Source: Octopus sinensis
Lineage: Eukaryota
Length of the DNA: 64,000 bases
Assembly: GCF_006345805.1 (NCBI RefSeq)
Contig: NC_042999.1
Location: forward strand, 27,218,001-27,282,000
Direction of reading: 5' to 3'
Below the pieces are notes generated by a model that saw only the letters and a list, made by a program, of their open reading frames with translations, was not told the origin of the DNA and searched no databases. Each line of letters starts with the position of its first letter. Position 1 is the first letter of the stretch. Positions 1 to 12,520 of the stretch are shown here, piece by piece. Position numbers and translations under genes: made by a program.

Positions 1-360
1 TCGGTTATAAATATCTCTTTAAAAAACAAAATCTTCAACCTTCTGGAATGTCATTTGTATAAGAACGGTAATATAGAAATTAACAAATAGCGAAATAAGA
101 GAATATATGACATAGTGAAAGGAAGGCAGTAAGACAGAGAGGGAGAGAAAAGAATATAAAGAGAGCAGACAGACTGACAGACAGGCAGACAAAAAGATAG
201 ACTGACATCCAGGCAAACAGAGAGACAGACTGATATACATACATAAATACATTCATGTACACATACATACATACATACATAAAGACAGACAGATATACAT
301 ACATACACACATACATACAGACAGACAAGCAGGCAGACAGACAGATTGATATATATATAT

Positions 361-590
<230 letters not shown>

Positions 591-1398
591 TGCAAATATT
601 GATAATTTGATTCGATGTAATTTGTAAGAGGAAATTGAATTTACATTGTGAAGGTTTGTTCCACATTTTACAAGGATGGCAAATTGTAGAATATATCATA
701 GAAGATATATATTCATAATCACAGAAAATATATGAAAAGGTAAAATGGTATAAATATATCTTATGTGTATATTTCTGTGTTTCGCCTGCGCATACGTAAG
801 CGTATTTGTTTGTATAGAACTAACAGCAGGATTAATGTCCTCTACTGAATGTTGACGGAAATTACAAGTTGGAACATCGATAAAACAGAATGCTGTTTAG
901 TAAAATGCTGAATTTAGTAGCAAGGATGAGAATTTGTTAATTGTTAGAGACGAAGTTATAAAATGAGAAAGTTAACTTATAGGAAAGAAAATCAAATAAA
1001 AGTAAAATTAAATGCAATATAATAGTCTTGTAGGCTTGCGTTATTGTGCGAGAATATAATTAGTGTAAAGGGACATGTATCTCATAGGATTTATCCATTT
1101 GGAAAAGTTGTTAGCCTTCAGAACCATAATAGGTGAAATTGCATGTGTTGACATACAGAAATCAACTGCGAATATTGCCCAAAAGACAATAACGATTGAG
1201 AAGAAAGAGTTTAAAGAATAACATTCAGAAATACAAACTACGCGTGGTTTGTATTTAGAGTTTGTAGAAAACTTGACGTATTCATTCATTCTTATGGGAT
1301 CGTTGATTTACGTACATTGTGCATTAGTTTCAATGTAATCGACTAGCGACCCCCTCCAGCAATCTAAGGTTGTGACTATAGCAGAAAGGGTTCTAATG

Positions 1399-1437
<39 letters not shown>

Positions 1438-1464
1438 TAATAATAATAATAATAATAATAATAA

Positions 1465-2006
<542 letters not shown>

Positions 2007-2016
2007 AATCATATTG

Positions 2017-2118
<102 letters not shown>

Positions 2119-2190
2119 ATGCTATCATTATTTTGGATATTTTTCAACTGAGATTCCAAAACTTCAGGCCTTATACCTGTAGTAGAAAGA

Positions 2191-2254
<64 letters not shown>

Positions 2255-2295
2255 TATTATTATTATTATTATTATTATCATTATTATTATTATTA

Positions 2296-2334
<39 letters not shown>

Positions 2335-2675
2335 GGAAGTAAGAGGGCGTGTGAGAGAGAGATAGAGACAGAGAAAGACAGACAGAGGGAGAGAGAGAGA
2401 GAGGGAGAAGATTGATAGCACTGGGAAGTAAGAGAACTATAACGCGTTAAACGTAAGAGAACAGAGACAAGGAAACACATAGGAACGAAAGGGGAGGAAG
2501 GGGAAAAGAGGAAGACTTAGAGAAATAGAGTGCGTGAAGGAAGGGATGGATAGAGAATAATACTGAAAACTTTGGAAAACTTTTCGTTTTCGACGATATA
2601 TAATAAAGCCGATATATGATAATTGCAAAAATAAATGTTGCTATGTATGTATCTATCTACCTACCTACATATCTT

Positions 2676-2706
<31 letters not shown>

Positions 2707-2727
2707 CTCTATCTATCTATCTATCTA

Positions 2728-2799
<72 letters not shown>

Positions 2800-3064
2800 T
2801 TCTATATGCGCTGTCTGTTTGCCTCTCTCTAACACACTCTCTCCCTCTCTGTCTGCCTCTCTCTCTCTCTCTCAGCAAATACAGGTGGATGCTACTGTAC
2901 TTTTCCTCAGTTAGACTGATGCATACACCGAAACAAAAGTAGATACACAAATCAAAAGAAAAGTAGATACATAGATACATACACACACTTTTAAATTAAA
3001 AGCGGAAGAGAGGAGGAACACAGACGAAGTGAGAAAGAATGTGAGAGAGACAGTAGATACTTAT

Positions 3065-3290
3065 ATCAAAAGAAAAGTTGATACATTGTTACTACAGCAA
3101 ATATTGGATGTCACTTTCACTTATCAGTACCACACGAGGGTAACATTAACTCGCAAGTGGTTGAGTACTCCACAGACGTGCATACCAATAATGTAGCTCG
3201 CAGGGAGATCCAGCCTCACACAGAATTCGACTCGGCTGGCTCTGTTCAATTACAGTTACAACTCATTTTGGTCAGCTGAGTGGACCGGAG
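3065..3290 (-). mobile_element. Decayed tRNA-derived SINE fragment (family S3)
   Basis: Reverse complement resembles the 3' half of 41925-42311. Confidence 0.6.
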
Positions 3291-3329
3291 CAAGATAAAC
3301 ATTCAAGTGGTTGGAAGAAAACGAAAAAG

Positions 3330-4440
3330 TTCCTATATAGGGGCAGGATAATACCTCTTGCTAACCACATGTTTTCGTAGGATCTCTTACTATCTCATTT
3401 AATAACTGGACTAACTTTTCGTATTCGGACGGGAGTGATATGAGCCAGAAATTCGGCACCCTATCATTTCTTGGGGATTTCCTCTTATGAGCCTTCGTGA
3501 TTGTCATTCTTAGGTCTGCTATTGTGATGTCTTCCCATGCATGTTTTGGCAGGTTTTGGCAGGATCCTTTTGTGCGTCTAATCCAGTTTGCATTTCCATT
3601 GTCTTTTCATCACTCCAGATATTTTTCCAGAAATTTTCCAACGGTTATTTTCTCCTTGCCTATTTCTCTATAGAATGTTTACGCGTTGGATGTGCACAGC
3701 TTATTTTCTTTGTAAAGCTTGTTTCGCTTCCCAATTCTTCGTATTCTTTGAGCGTTTGCTTGGACGTTTTGTCGCAGTGTTTCTTTTGCTGAAAGCAGTT
3801 TTTTGTAGGTGAGAATCTATGATTTCTCTTCATCTATTTTCTTTTTCTGGTTTTTACATCGTTTCCACAGATTAGTTCACTCCATATTGATATTTCACCT
3901 CTCATTATTTCAATCTCCTTTTTGATTTTACGTTTCCAGTTTGGAATTCTTCTCAGATTTGTATTTTTTTTTCAGAGGCATACAACTGATCTGAATTCTG
4001 TTAGCAAGTGCGTAAATAATTTTGTTTAATTTAGTAAGGTCTGGTTTATGTTCTCGTATATATTTTTTTTGTTACAAATTGCAAACTTCTTTTCGTCCAA
4101 ATATAGTCTGCTGTCATGATTTCATGTTCTCGATATTTGATAAGAGTATGCGCTGAGTTTCTCTTCAGGTACCCACCTAATGCATAGTAATAAGCATATA
4201 TTACTTCTGTATGCTCTTCTCAAGTCCATTTAATCAACTTACGTTTTCCTTTCTGTGGTGGAGGACTTGGAGGGCTCGAGTTGGAGCACTTCCCGTTAAA
4301 GTGACTATCCAGGTTAGTATTCAGAGAAGGGCTTTTGTTAGTGAGCATGCCTTTTTCACCCCAGGTTGACTATCTCCTGGGGGATGCGCTTCGAGATAAA
4401 GCATAGGACAAGGGATTGTGTGTAGTTTTTTAGTTTTCCT
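3330..4440 (-). pseudogene. Decayed N-terminal/pre-RT fragment of another R4/Dong-clade element
   Basis: Minus-strand peptides AQRIRRIGKRNKLYKENK..TFYREIGK..FWKNIWSDEK and AWEDITIADLRMTITKAHKRKSPRNDRVPNFWL align by eye with the pre-RT region of the element at 5135-9300. Confidence 0.75.
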
Positions 4441-4525
4441 TTTTGTTTCGCAAGATATATTTGTGCTACATTAAATTCATTAGCATTGAGCCCCGTGTGG
4501 CATTATTATTATCAATCTTATTATC

Positions 4526-4998
4526 GAGTCAGAGAGCAATGCACGCCATCAAAGTGACTCTGGGGTAAAATATACGAAACACAGTACAATATGATTGCCC
4601 GTATAATAAAGTTAGACTAAGCACATGCATCACAACAATATGTGCGCGACATGGTGATCTCATCTCATGATGAATAGCATATGACCTTGCAGGTTGAGCC
4701 CAGTAAGAACTTTTTCTTCAGGTCGAGTAGCCCATCCCACTCAAAGGATCCCTGAATAAGGTTTGTTTAAGGATACTGAAAGAAAACACCCATGTTTCCA
4801 GAGGTAATTTATCAAAACCCCAACGGATTCCTTTCAACACATGGCTATCTTGCTCGTCTACTACTTCAGGTTGTGATCAGAGATGCACATATCGTCAGCC
4901 ACCAAAGGACATTCTCAAGTGCTTAAGGTCAAACAGCTGGCCAGCAAATCTGTGGTATTGAGCAGCGTATTTGCTGTAGTCCATCTTTTTCGCCAAGT
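4526..4998 (-). mobile_element. TAA-bounded ~550-bp non-coding interspersed element, truncated copy
   Basis: Homologous to 10410-10940 and 10980-11535; strand inferred from position of the TAA tail. Confidence 0.8.
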
Positions 4999-5044
4999 CA
5001 TTATCATTATTATCATCATCATCATCATCATCATTATAATAATG

Positions 5045-5135
<91 letters not shown>

Positions 5136-5351
5136 TATGTTTGACTTTTGCTTTATATTTGTACAAGTTGGCTCCAAGTCTCACCCAGAGACCTCAAGAG
5201 ACAACAGGGTTGGAAGTTCATGTTGTTGTTATGCCTAGTGTGCCATATATTTGGGGGGTGGGGATGTTGTACTAATGAATGTCTAAAAAAAAAAAAGTTT
5301 TTTTTTTTTTTTTTTTTAAACCGAAAATTATGGTTGTTTTAAACCTTGAGG

Positions 5352-7538
5352 TTACATAGAGAGTATTTTGCGTAGGATATGAGCAGTTCCCATGAGCACT
5401 ATCTTTTGAACTTCGGCCATTTTTGGGTTTCCTGTTATCTGAGTTAGGTAGCTATCAGCCCCTTTTGCTATCATTCCCAGGGCACCTATGACAACACGTA
5501 TTGTTTTAGTCTTCAGCTTCCACATTTTGCTGATTTCTATTTCAAGATCTTTATATTTGCTCAGTTTTTGGTAGGTCCTGACAGATACGTTTATATCGAT
5601 TGGGACAGTCATATCAATGAGGAGGCATGTTCTTTGTTTGAAGTCTTTCAATATGATGTCTGGCCTATTTGCATCTATCTTCCTGTCAGTTTGAATGGTG
5701 AAGTTCCAGAGGAGTGAGATGTGGTCATTTTCAAGCACTGGGGGTGGTTTGTGTTCCCACCAGTTTTTTTCATGGGGCAAATCCAGGTTTTTACAGATTA
5801 CCCAGTGAATATATTGTGCAGCTCTATCGTGCCTGTTGAGATACTCTGTAGGCGCTAGAAGACTGCACTTGGAGACCACATGGTCAATGGTTTCATTTTG
5901 TTGCTTGCATACACGACACGTTGGACTGCTTCTGATCTTTAATATGTTGGCCTGGTAGTTTCTTGTTGGTAGGCATTGATCTTGAGCTGCTATGATAAAC
6001 CCCTCTGTTTCAGATTTTAAGCCAGAGGCCATTAGCCATTGATGGGTCAGGGCTTTGTCGATATCTGCATTATTCGCTCTCTTTGGGTATTTGCCATAGA
6101 GAGGTTTTTCTTGCCATTTATTATTCAGAATATCTAAGGCCGCAGTTTTGGCACGGGTTTTCATGCGCCTAGCTTTTTCTGTGCTTGTTTCTTGTATGTC
6201 TATCTCTAATTCCGAAATTGGTTGTATTCGGAATTCACTTAGATATTCCTTTGCCTGTTTTGTGACTGAGTATGATGCTTTCTTGTTTTCATGTTTTGAG
6301 ACAAGTTTTAACATCCAGTCCTCAGAGTTTTTCAGGTAGGTGTCTAGGCCAATTGTAGCAATCTTCATTGTTATTGCCAGTTGCAAAAGACCACGGCCTC
6401 CCTCTTTTCTTGGCAGATAGAGTCGTTCTGTATCTGCCTTAGGGTGGTGCATTCTATGCATTGTCAACAGTTTCCTTATTTTTCTGTCGAGCTGACATAT
6501 TTCAGTAATTGACCAGTTAACAATATTGAAACTGTAAGTCACGACTGGTATAGCTAATGCATTGATTGCTTCGATCCTGTTTCTTGCATTCAGCTCTGTC
6601 TTGAGTATTGCTCTCACTCTTCGATAGCATTCTCTCCTGTTCCTTTCCTTCATCTCTGAATGCCTTATTCCGTTCCCTTCAATTACCCCTAGGTACTTGT
6701 AGCTCTCCGCTGGGTCTAGTTCTTTTATGACATTCTGTTGGTCAAGGTTAACGTTAGATGTTTCTGTCATTTTTCCTTTGATAAAGGTAGCCTTTGCACA
6801 TTTATCGAGGCCGAATTCCATTCTGATGTCGTCACTGAATTGTTTGACTATCGCTAGTAAGCTCTTGAGTTGTTGATCATTTTTTGCAAAAAGCTTTAAA
6901 TCATCCATGTAAACGAGATGATTTATATTTTTATCAAACATTTTATACCCGTACTGCGCGTCATTGAGCAGCTTTGAGAGAGGTATTAAGGATAAACAAA
7001 AGAGGAGTGGTGACAGTGAGTCACCCTGGGAAATGCCACACGAAATTTTTACATCACCAGCATTTAGGGATTCACTGTCACTGTTCAGAGTTAGTGTGGT
7101 TCTCCATGATCTCATACTTACAGTCAAGAAGTTTCGCAGAGTTGGTGCTATCTTATACATTTCAAGGCATTTCCTAATCCAGCTATGTGGTAGGCTATCA
7201 AAAGCCTTTTTATAGTCTATCCAGGCTATTGATAAGTTTTTGTGTCGTTTGTGACAATCTTCTAAGATCATCTTATTGATGAGTAGTTTGTCTTTACAGC
7301 CGTAGGATCCACGTTTACATCCTTTCTGTTCATTAGGGAATATTGCTGTGTCTGTTAAAAAACTATAGGTATATTCCGTCAGGACAGATGTTAGTGTTTT
7401 GTACATAGTTGTTAAGCAGGTTATGGGTCTATAGTTTTTTGGTTCATTTGTTTCTTCACTTTTTGGAAGCAGGAATGTTAACCCATTAACTAGCCAAGGA
7501 GGCATCCTACTAGGGTGTTGCAAAACATCATTGTACAT
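5352..7538 (-). CDS. R4/Dong polyprotein C-terminal part: reverse transcriptase, CCHC zinc knuckle, RLE endonuclease
   Basis: NYRPITCL, WIDYKKAFDS, QGDSLSPLLF, YMDD, KYLG, CRVC..ETIDHVVSKC, RHD, RPDIILKD..LLIDMTVP, KLSKYKDL motifs. Confidence 0.95.
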   Translation of the reverse strand: MYNDVLQHPSRMPPWLVNGLTFLLPKSEETNEPKNYRPITCLTTMYKTLTSVLTEYTYSFLTDTAIFPNEQKGCKRGSYGCKDKLLINKMILEDCHKRHKNLSIAWIDYKKAFDSLPHSWIRKCLEMYKIAPTLRNFLTVSMRSWRTTLTLNSDSESLNAGDVKISCGISQGDSLSPLLFCLSLIPLSKLLNDAQYGYKMFDKNINHLVYMDDLKLFAKNDQQLKSLLAIVKQFSDDIRMEFGLDKCAKATFIKGKMTETSNVNLDQQNVIKELDPAESYKYLGVIEGNGIRHSEMKERNRRECYRRVRAILKTELNARNRIEAINALAIPVVTYSFNIVNWSITEICQLDRKIRKLLTMHRMHHPKADTERLYLPRKEGGRGLLQLAITMKIATIGLDTYLKNSEDWMLKLVSKHENKKASYSVTKQAKEYLSEFRIQPISELEIDIQETSTEKARRMKTRAKTAALDILNNKWQEKPLYGKYPKRANNADIDKALTHQWLMASGLKSETEGFIIAAQDQCLPTRNYQANILKIRSSPTCRVCKQQNETIDHVVSKCSLLAPTEYLNRHDRAAQYIHWVICKNLDLPHEKNWWEHKPPPVLENDHISLLWNFTIQTDRKIDANRPDIILKDFKQRTCLLIDMTVPIDINVSVRTYQKLSKYKDLEIEISKMWKLKTKTIRVVIGALGMIAKGADSYLTQITGNPKMAEVQKIVLMGTAHILRKILSM

Positions 7539-7592
7539 TCTGTTAGCAGTTCATGGCTCTCTGGGAAGGCATTCAGCCAGAAGTTAGGAATT

Positions 7593-9209
7593 TTATCCTT
7601 TCCTGGAGACTTCCATTTGCTTGACCTCCTGAGAGCAGATCTTATATCTTCTACCTTGACACCCTCTCCACTTTTGCTCTTCTAAGGGGTCCAGTTCTGT
7701 AGATATTCTGTCAATCCAGGGGGCCTTTTCGTTGTGGTTTTTTTCTTCTGCCCAGATTTTATTCCAAAATCTCTGCACTTCTTCTTTTGATGGTACAGAC
7801 CCTGCAGTAAACGCTGTTTTTCCTATCTTCCTGTAAAAAGTCTTGGTGTTATTTTTGAACATGTTGTTGTCCTTGAAAAATCTAACACGCTTTTCATACC
7901 TCGCTATGCGGGCAGCTTTGGCAGATACCTTTTGTTTGATGGTTTCTATGGTGGCATCAATATCAAGTATAATTTTCATATTGTATTTTTTCAGTAATTT
8001 TTGGGTTTTTGTAGGTTTGGTAGTCTTATGAGCCTTAAGGTTTTTCAAATATTCAATGTCAGATCTAAATACTTTAATTTGTTGTTGCAGACGCTCTTGC
8101 CAAGAAGGCTTTTTGTGGGACTGTTGCCGTTTTCTAATCTTTACACCACATAGGATCGTTGAGATTTTCGCGGATGCATAGTATAGGTGGTTGAGGTTTG
8201 TGATATCAACATCATTAACTGAAATTATATCCTTAAGTGCAAGCCGGATTTTACCAATTATTTTCATGTTTTGGTTAGAGTTGCGGATTTTAGGAAGTGT
8301 ATCACGCTCATCCATGCTGGTTTCTTTAATTTTCAGCCATTCAATCATGATTTGATTTTTTAGCTCATGTAGTTCTGTTGGGTCAATATTTGTGTGACTT
8401 TCTTTATCTATTTGATGCTCATCTGTCTTAGTGTTTATGATTGGTTCAGGGCGTATTTCACTTTGCCTATCACTTATACTAACTCTTTCAATCCTCTCTT
8501 CGTTTTTATCCGCCCTGGGCTGGTCTATAATCATTTCCTCTGTATTATCTTCTCTAGCTGCAGCTTCGTTCATTTTATCCGATATTGCTTGTCTAACCTG
8601 ATCAATCTCTACTTCAGTCAGTAATTTCTTTTTTATAATGTTTCTTCTAACATTGGCAAGCTTGTTACTGTCTATGTAGGGTCTTACTTCAGGGTGTTTC
8701 TGTCTCCAGTTTAAGTATGCTTGTACAGTGCTAGACTTATCTGTGGGTAAATATATGGCATGGTAGAAGGCCTCAAGAACTTCTTTATTATCTTCCCTAG
8801 ACCATTTTTCCTTCTTTTTCTTTTGATTATTTGGTGATGAGCATGGATGGCCATCTGTTGGAATATTCCGGTTGTGGGGTTCGTCCAGCTCCTGTGTGTT
8901 GGGAAGATTTGATCCACTAACTGATTTTTCAATCAGGATTTGGTTCAATTTTCGGGTACGTGGTCTTTTGTAATCCGCGCAATGACCAATGCGGTTTATT
9001 GTTTGATTTGTTGACCTTGAAGCATGACGAGCATCCATTCTTATATTAGGAGATGGCTCTGTCAGTTTAGGGTTCACTACATGTAAGCATTGCTCATAGC
9101 GCCGCTTCTTAAGACTAGCAGATCTATATTCGTCTGTATTTCTTTTGTTGATAGTTTTATCTCCGGACATTTTTTTTTTTCCCTCCTTTCCTCCTCTTCC
9201 TTTCTTCAA
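7593..9209 (-). CDS. R4/Dong polyprotein N-terminal part (same frame as 5352-7538; split by two compensating indels)
   Basis: KWSREDNKEVLEAFY and KTFYRKIG..FWNKIW segments resemble R4 N-termini; shifted frame gives WEGVKVEDIRSALRRSSKWKSPGKDKIPNFWL. Confidence 0.85.
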   Translation of the reverse strand: MKKGRGGKEGKKKMSGDKTINKRNTDEYRSASLKKRRYEQCLHVVNPKLTEPSPNIRMDARHASRSTNQTINRIGHCADYKRPRTRKLNQILIEKSVSGSNLPNTQELDEPHNRNIPTDGHPCSSPNNQKKKKEKWSREDNKEVLEAFYHAIYLPTDKSSTVQAYLNWRQKHPEVRPYIDSNKLANVRRNIIKKKLLTEVEIDQVRQAISDKMNEAAAREDNTEEMIIDQPRADKNEERIERVSISDRQSEIRPEPIINTKTDEHQIDKESHTNIDPTELHELKNQIMIEWLKIKETSMDERDTLPKIRNSNQNMKIIGKIRLALKDIISVNDVDITNLNHLYYASAKISTILCGVKIRKRQQSHKKPSWQERLQQQIKVFRSDIEYLKNLKAHKTTKPTKTQKLLKKYNMKIILDIDATIETIKQKVSAKAARIARYEKRVRFFKDNNMFKNNTKTFYRKIGKTAFTAGSVPSKEEVQRFWNKIWAEEKNHNEKAPWIDRISTELDPLEEQKWRGCQGRRYKICSQEVKQMEVSRKG

Positions 9210-9457
9210 GGCTTACTGTGTCTGTATTAGTTCGAAATAATGAGAATAAAATACGGAGAAGGAAACGAAAAGAAAGGGAAAAAAGACGGGATCTGTCAGT
9301 TATTATTGTTATTACTATCATCTTCACCACCATCACCATCATCAGCAACATCACCATCACCATCATCATCTTCAATGTGTAGCCACAGCCACCATCAACA
9401 CTCCATTGTGTTGGAGAATGGGTGGTTAAAGAATTCATGTTCTTTGGGTCTGTATTA

Positions 9458-9543
<86 letters not shown>

Positions 9544-9714
9544 CATTATTATAATTATTATCAACATCATCATCATTATTATTATTATCAACATCATCAT
9601 CATTATTATTATTATTATTATAATCATTATTATTATCAACATCATCATCATTATTATTATTATTATTATTATCATTATTATTATTTATTTATTTGTTTAT
9701 TTATTGTCTTTGCA

Positions 9715-10217
9715 CAGCTCCTGATACTGAGGATGTGCTGCGGTGCCAACTGTTCACTACCACTGAACTAAAGAAACACAACCTATTCTTCGACGACAAT
9801 CCGGTTTATTCGTGGGGTTCCATGCAGTGTTGTTTTCTGCAAGTGCTCCACCCTTATTGCAGCCCTTGATTGTGCCATGTAGATCTCAAGATTCTTAATC
9901 ACTGTTTCCAGGGCTGCAACAATAATTGGTACCACTACCACTTTTTTCAGGCACCTCAACTGCTTACCTTCCCAACTAACCTGTTATATCTATCGACTTT
10001 TCTTTCTTCCTTATCGCATTCCTTGTTGTCAGATGGGAATGCTATATCTATGATCTAGCATCGTTTGCTTTTTTTTTTTTCAATTATCTCTATGTCTGGT
10101 TTCCTATTCTCTATCTCATGGTCGCACTGAATCATAAATTCCCATAGGATATTTTCATTATCATTTTCAATAATGTGTTCGTTTTTATGCTCGTACCAAT
10201 TTTTTGCTCTGTGAAGT
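9715..10217 (-). pseudogene. Decayed RLE-domain 3' fragment of a further R4/Dong-like family
   Basis: Minus strand reads KNWYEHK..ILWEFMIQCDHEIENRKPDIEII..IIDIAFPSD with stops; flanked by TTA repeats. Confidence 0.8.
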
Positions 10218-10280
10218 GAAGATTATTATTATTATTATTATTATTATTGTTGTTGTTGTTGTTGTTATTATAATTATTAC

Positions 10281-10364
10281 TATTCAGTAGTTTTATTTTT
10301 ATAGGGTGCTTTCACTTCACTACCGAGCGCAGCTCTGTGTGCCTTAGGTATGTGCTGTGATTTG

Positions 10365-10366
<2 letters not shown>
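10281..10366 (-). mobile_element. R4/Dong family B 3' UTR fragment
   Basis: Reverse complement nearly identical to ~1514-1600; embedded in (TTA)n. Confidence 0.8.
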
Positions 10367-10409
<43 letters not shown>

Positions 10410-10939
10410 GAGTGAGAGAGCAGTGCATGCCATCAAAGTGACACTGGAGTAAAATATACGAAACCCAGTACATACATCATGACTACATATCTGTTAAGGG
10501 TACACTAGGCACATGCATCACAACAATATGTGCGCGACATGGTAATCTCATATCCAGATTAACAACGCATGTTCTGGCAGGTTGAGTGTAGTTAGAATTT
10601 TCTTCATGTCGAATAGCCCATCCCGCTCAAATGGTCCCTGAACGAAACACCCATGTTTCCAGAGGTAAATTATCCAAGCCCCAACGACTTCCTTTCAGCA
10701 CATGGCTATGATGCTCCCCCACTACTTCTGCTTGTGATCAAAGATGCACATATCGTTGACCACAAAAGGACATGCTCAACTGTTTAAGGTCAAACAACTG
10801 ACAAGCAAATCTGTGGTATTGAGCAGAAGATTTGCTGTAACCCATATTTTATGCCAAGACAAAACAATATACATGATAACACTTCCAATCAATTAAGATG
10901 AGAAGCCACGAAAGCCCTGCCTGGTACAACATCAGGGTA

Positions 10940-10940
<1 letters not shown>
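10410..10940 (-). mobile_element. TAA-bounded ~550-bp non-coding interspersed element
   Basis: Same ends as the adjacent copy; (TTA)n on both sides. Confidence 0.85.
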
Positions 10941-10976
<36 letters not shown>

Positions 10977-10979
10977 ATT

Positions 10980-11533
10980 GAGTGAGAGAGCAGTTCATGC
11001 CATCAAAGTGACACTGAGGTAAAATATACGAAGCCCAATATACCCATCATGACTACCCGTTTGGTAAGGGTACACCAGGCACATGCATCACAACCATATG
11101 TGCGCGACATGGTGATCTCATATCAAGATAAACAGCACATGACCTTGCAGGTGGAGCGCAGTTAGAATTTTCTTCAGGTTGAGTAGCCCATCCCGCTCAA
11201 ACGGTCCCTGAATAAGGGTTGTTTAAGGATGTTGAAAGAACCACCCATGTTTTCAGAGGTGAATTATTCAAACCCCAAAGAATCCCTCTCAACACACGGC
11301 TATGATGCTCCCCCACTACTTCTACTAGTGATCAGAGATGCACATATCGTCAGCCACTAAGAGACATGCTCAACTGGTTAAGGTCAAACAACTGACAAGC
11401 AAATCTGTGGTATTGAGGAGAATATTTGCCGTAGCCCATCTTTTATACCAAGACAAAACAATGTACATGATAACACTTCCAATCAGTTAAGATCAGAAGC
11501 CATGAGAGCCCCTGCCTGTTACTGCATCAGGGC

Positions 11534-11535
<2 letters not shown>
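10980..11535 (-). mobile_element. TAA-bounded ~550-bp non-coding interspersed element
   Basis: As above. Confidence 0.85.
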
Positions 11536-11608
<73 letters not shown>

Positions 11609-11624
11609 TAATATTATTATGGAT

Positions 11625-12120
11625 TAAGGCGGAATTTATGTCAGAATTGTTAGCACGCCGGACAAAATGATTAGCAGTATTTCGTTAGTCTTCCAGTCTG
11701 TGTTCAACTTCTGCCGAGGTTGATTTTGCCTTTCATCCTTTCGGTGTCGATAAACTAAGTATCTGTGAAAAACTGAGACCGATGTGATCAACTGGTCCCC
11801 TCCTTCATATTTCATGTCTTGTGTATTTAGTAGAAACGAAGGAACTTTTCAATCAGGAACCTTTCAGCACCCACCGTATTTACATTACTCTTCGCATATT
11901 TGATCTTTCCATCTGTTGTTGATTTTACCTCAGTAAAATTAACCATTTCTGAAATAATTATAAGCGAGCTTCTAGAATGGTGGGCACGCCGGACAATGTC
12001 CTTAGCAGCATTTAGTCCGTCTGTACGTTCTGAGGCCAAATGCCAATGAGGTTGACTTTGCCGTTCGTCCTTTCGGGATCGATGTAGTTAGCACAAGGTG
12101 ATCACTGGGGAAAATATCAG
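11625..12120 (+). mobile_element. Two decayed tRNA-derived SINE copies (family S1)
   Basis: gttagcacgccggac..gaggttgactttgcc..tcctttcgg motif twice; similar to 19730-20200. Confidence 0.7.
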
Positions 12121-12344
12121 GTCTTGTACCTATTGTCAAGAGGATTATTATTATATATCGTAGTCATTGTAGTGGTAATGCTATCATTATCTATATTTAA
12201 GTTTGTATGAACCTCTCTTTCGCTCACTTTCTTTCTTTCTCTCTCTCTCTCTCTCTATTTTTCTTCTTCTCTCCACACACACACATATACAAATATATTG
12301 AACTTGCGTGCATGTATGTGCGTGTAAAAAATCTGTGTGCGTTG

Positions 12345-12349
<5 letters not shown>

Positions 12350-12378
<29 letters not shown>

Positions 12379-12421
12379 TGTATGTATGTATGTATGTATG
12401 TATGTATGTATGTATGTATGT

Positions 12422-12519
<98 letters not shown>

Positions 12520-12520
12520 G
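12350..12520. repeat. Compound (TATG)n(TAGA)n microsatellite
   Basis: Direct. Confidence 0.97.

Larger units (their letters stand above)
5135..9300 (-). mobile_element. Near full-length R4/Dong-clade non-LTR retrotransposon inserted in (TAA)n
   Basis: RT + CCHC + restriction-like endonuclease ORF, ~215-bp 3' UTR ending in TAA repeats, TTA-type repeats at both boundaries; Dong targeting of TAA repeats is established. Confidence 0.92.
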
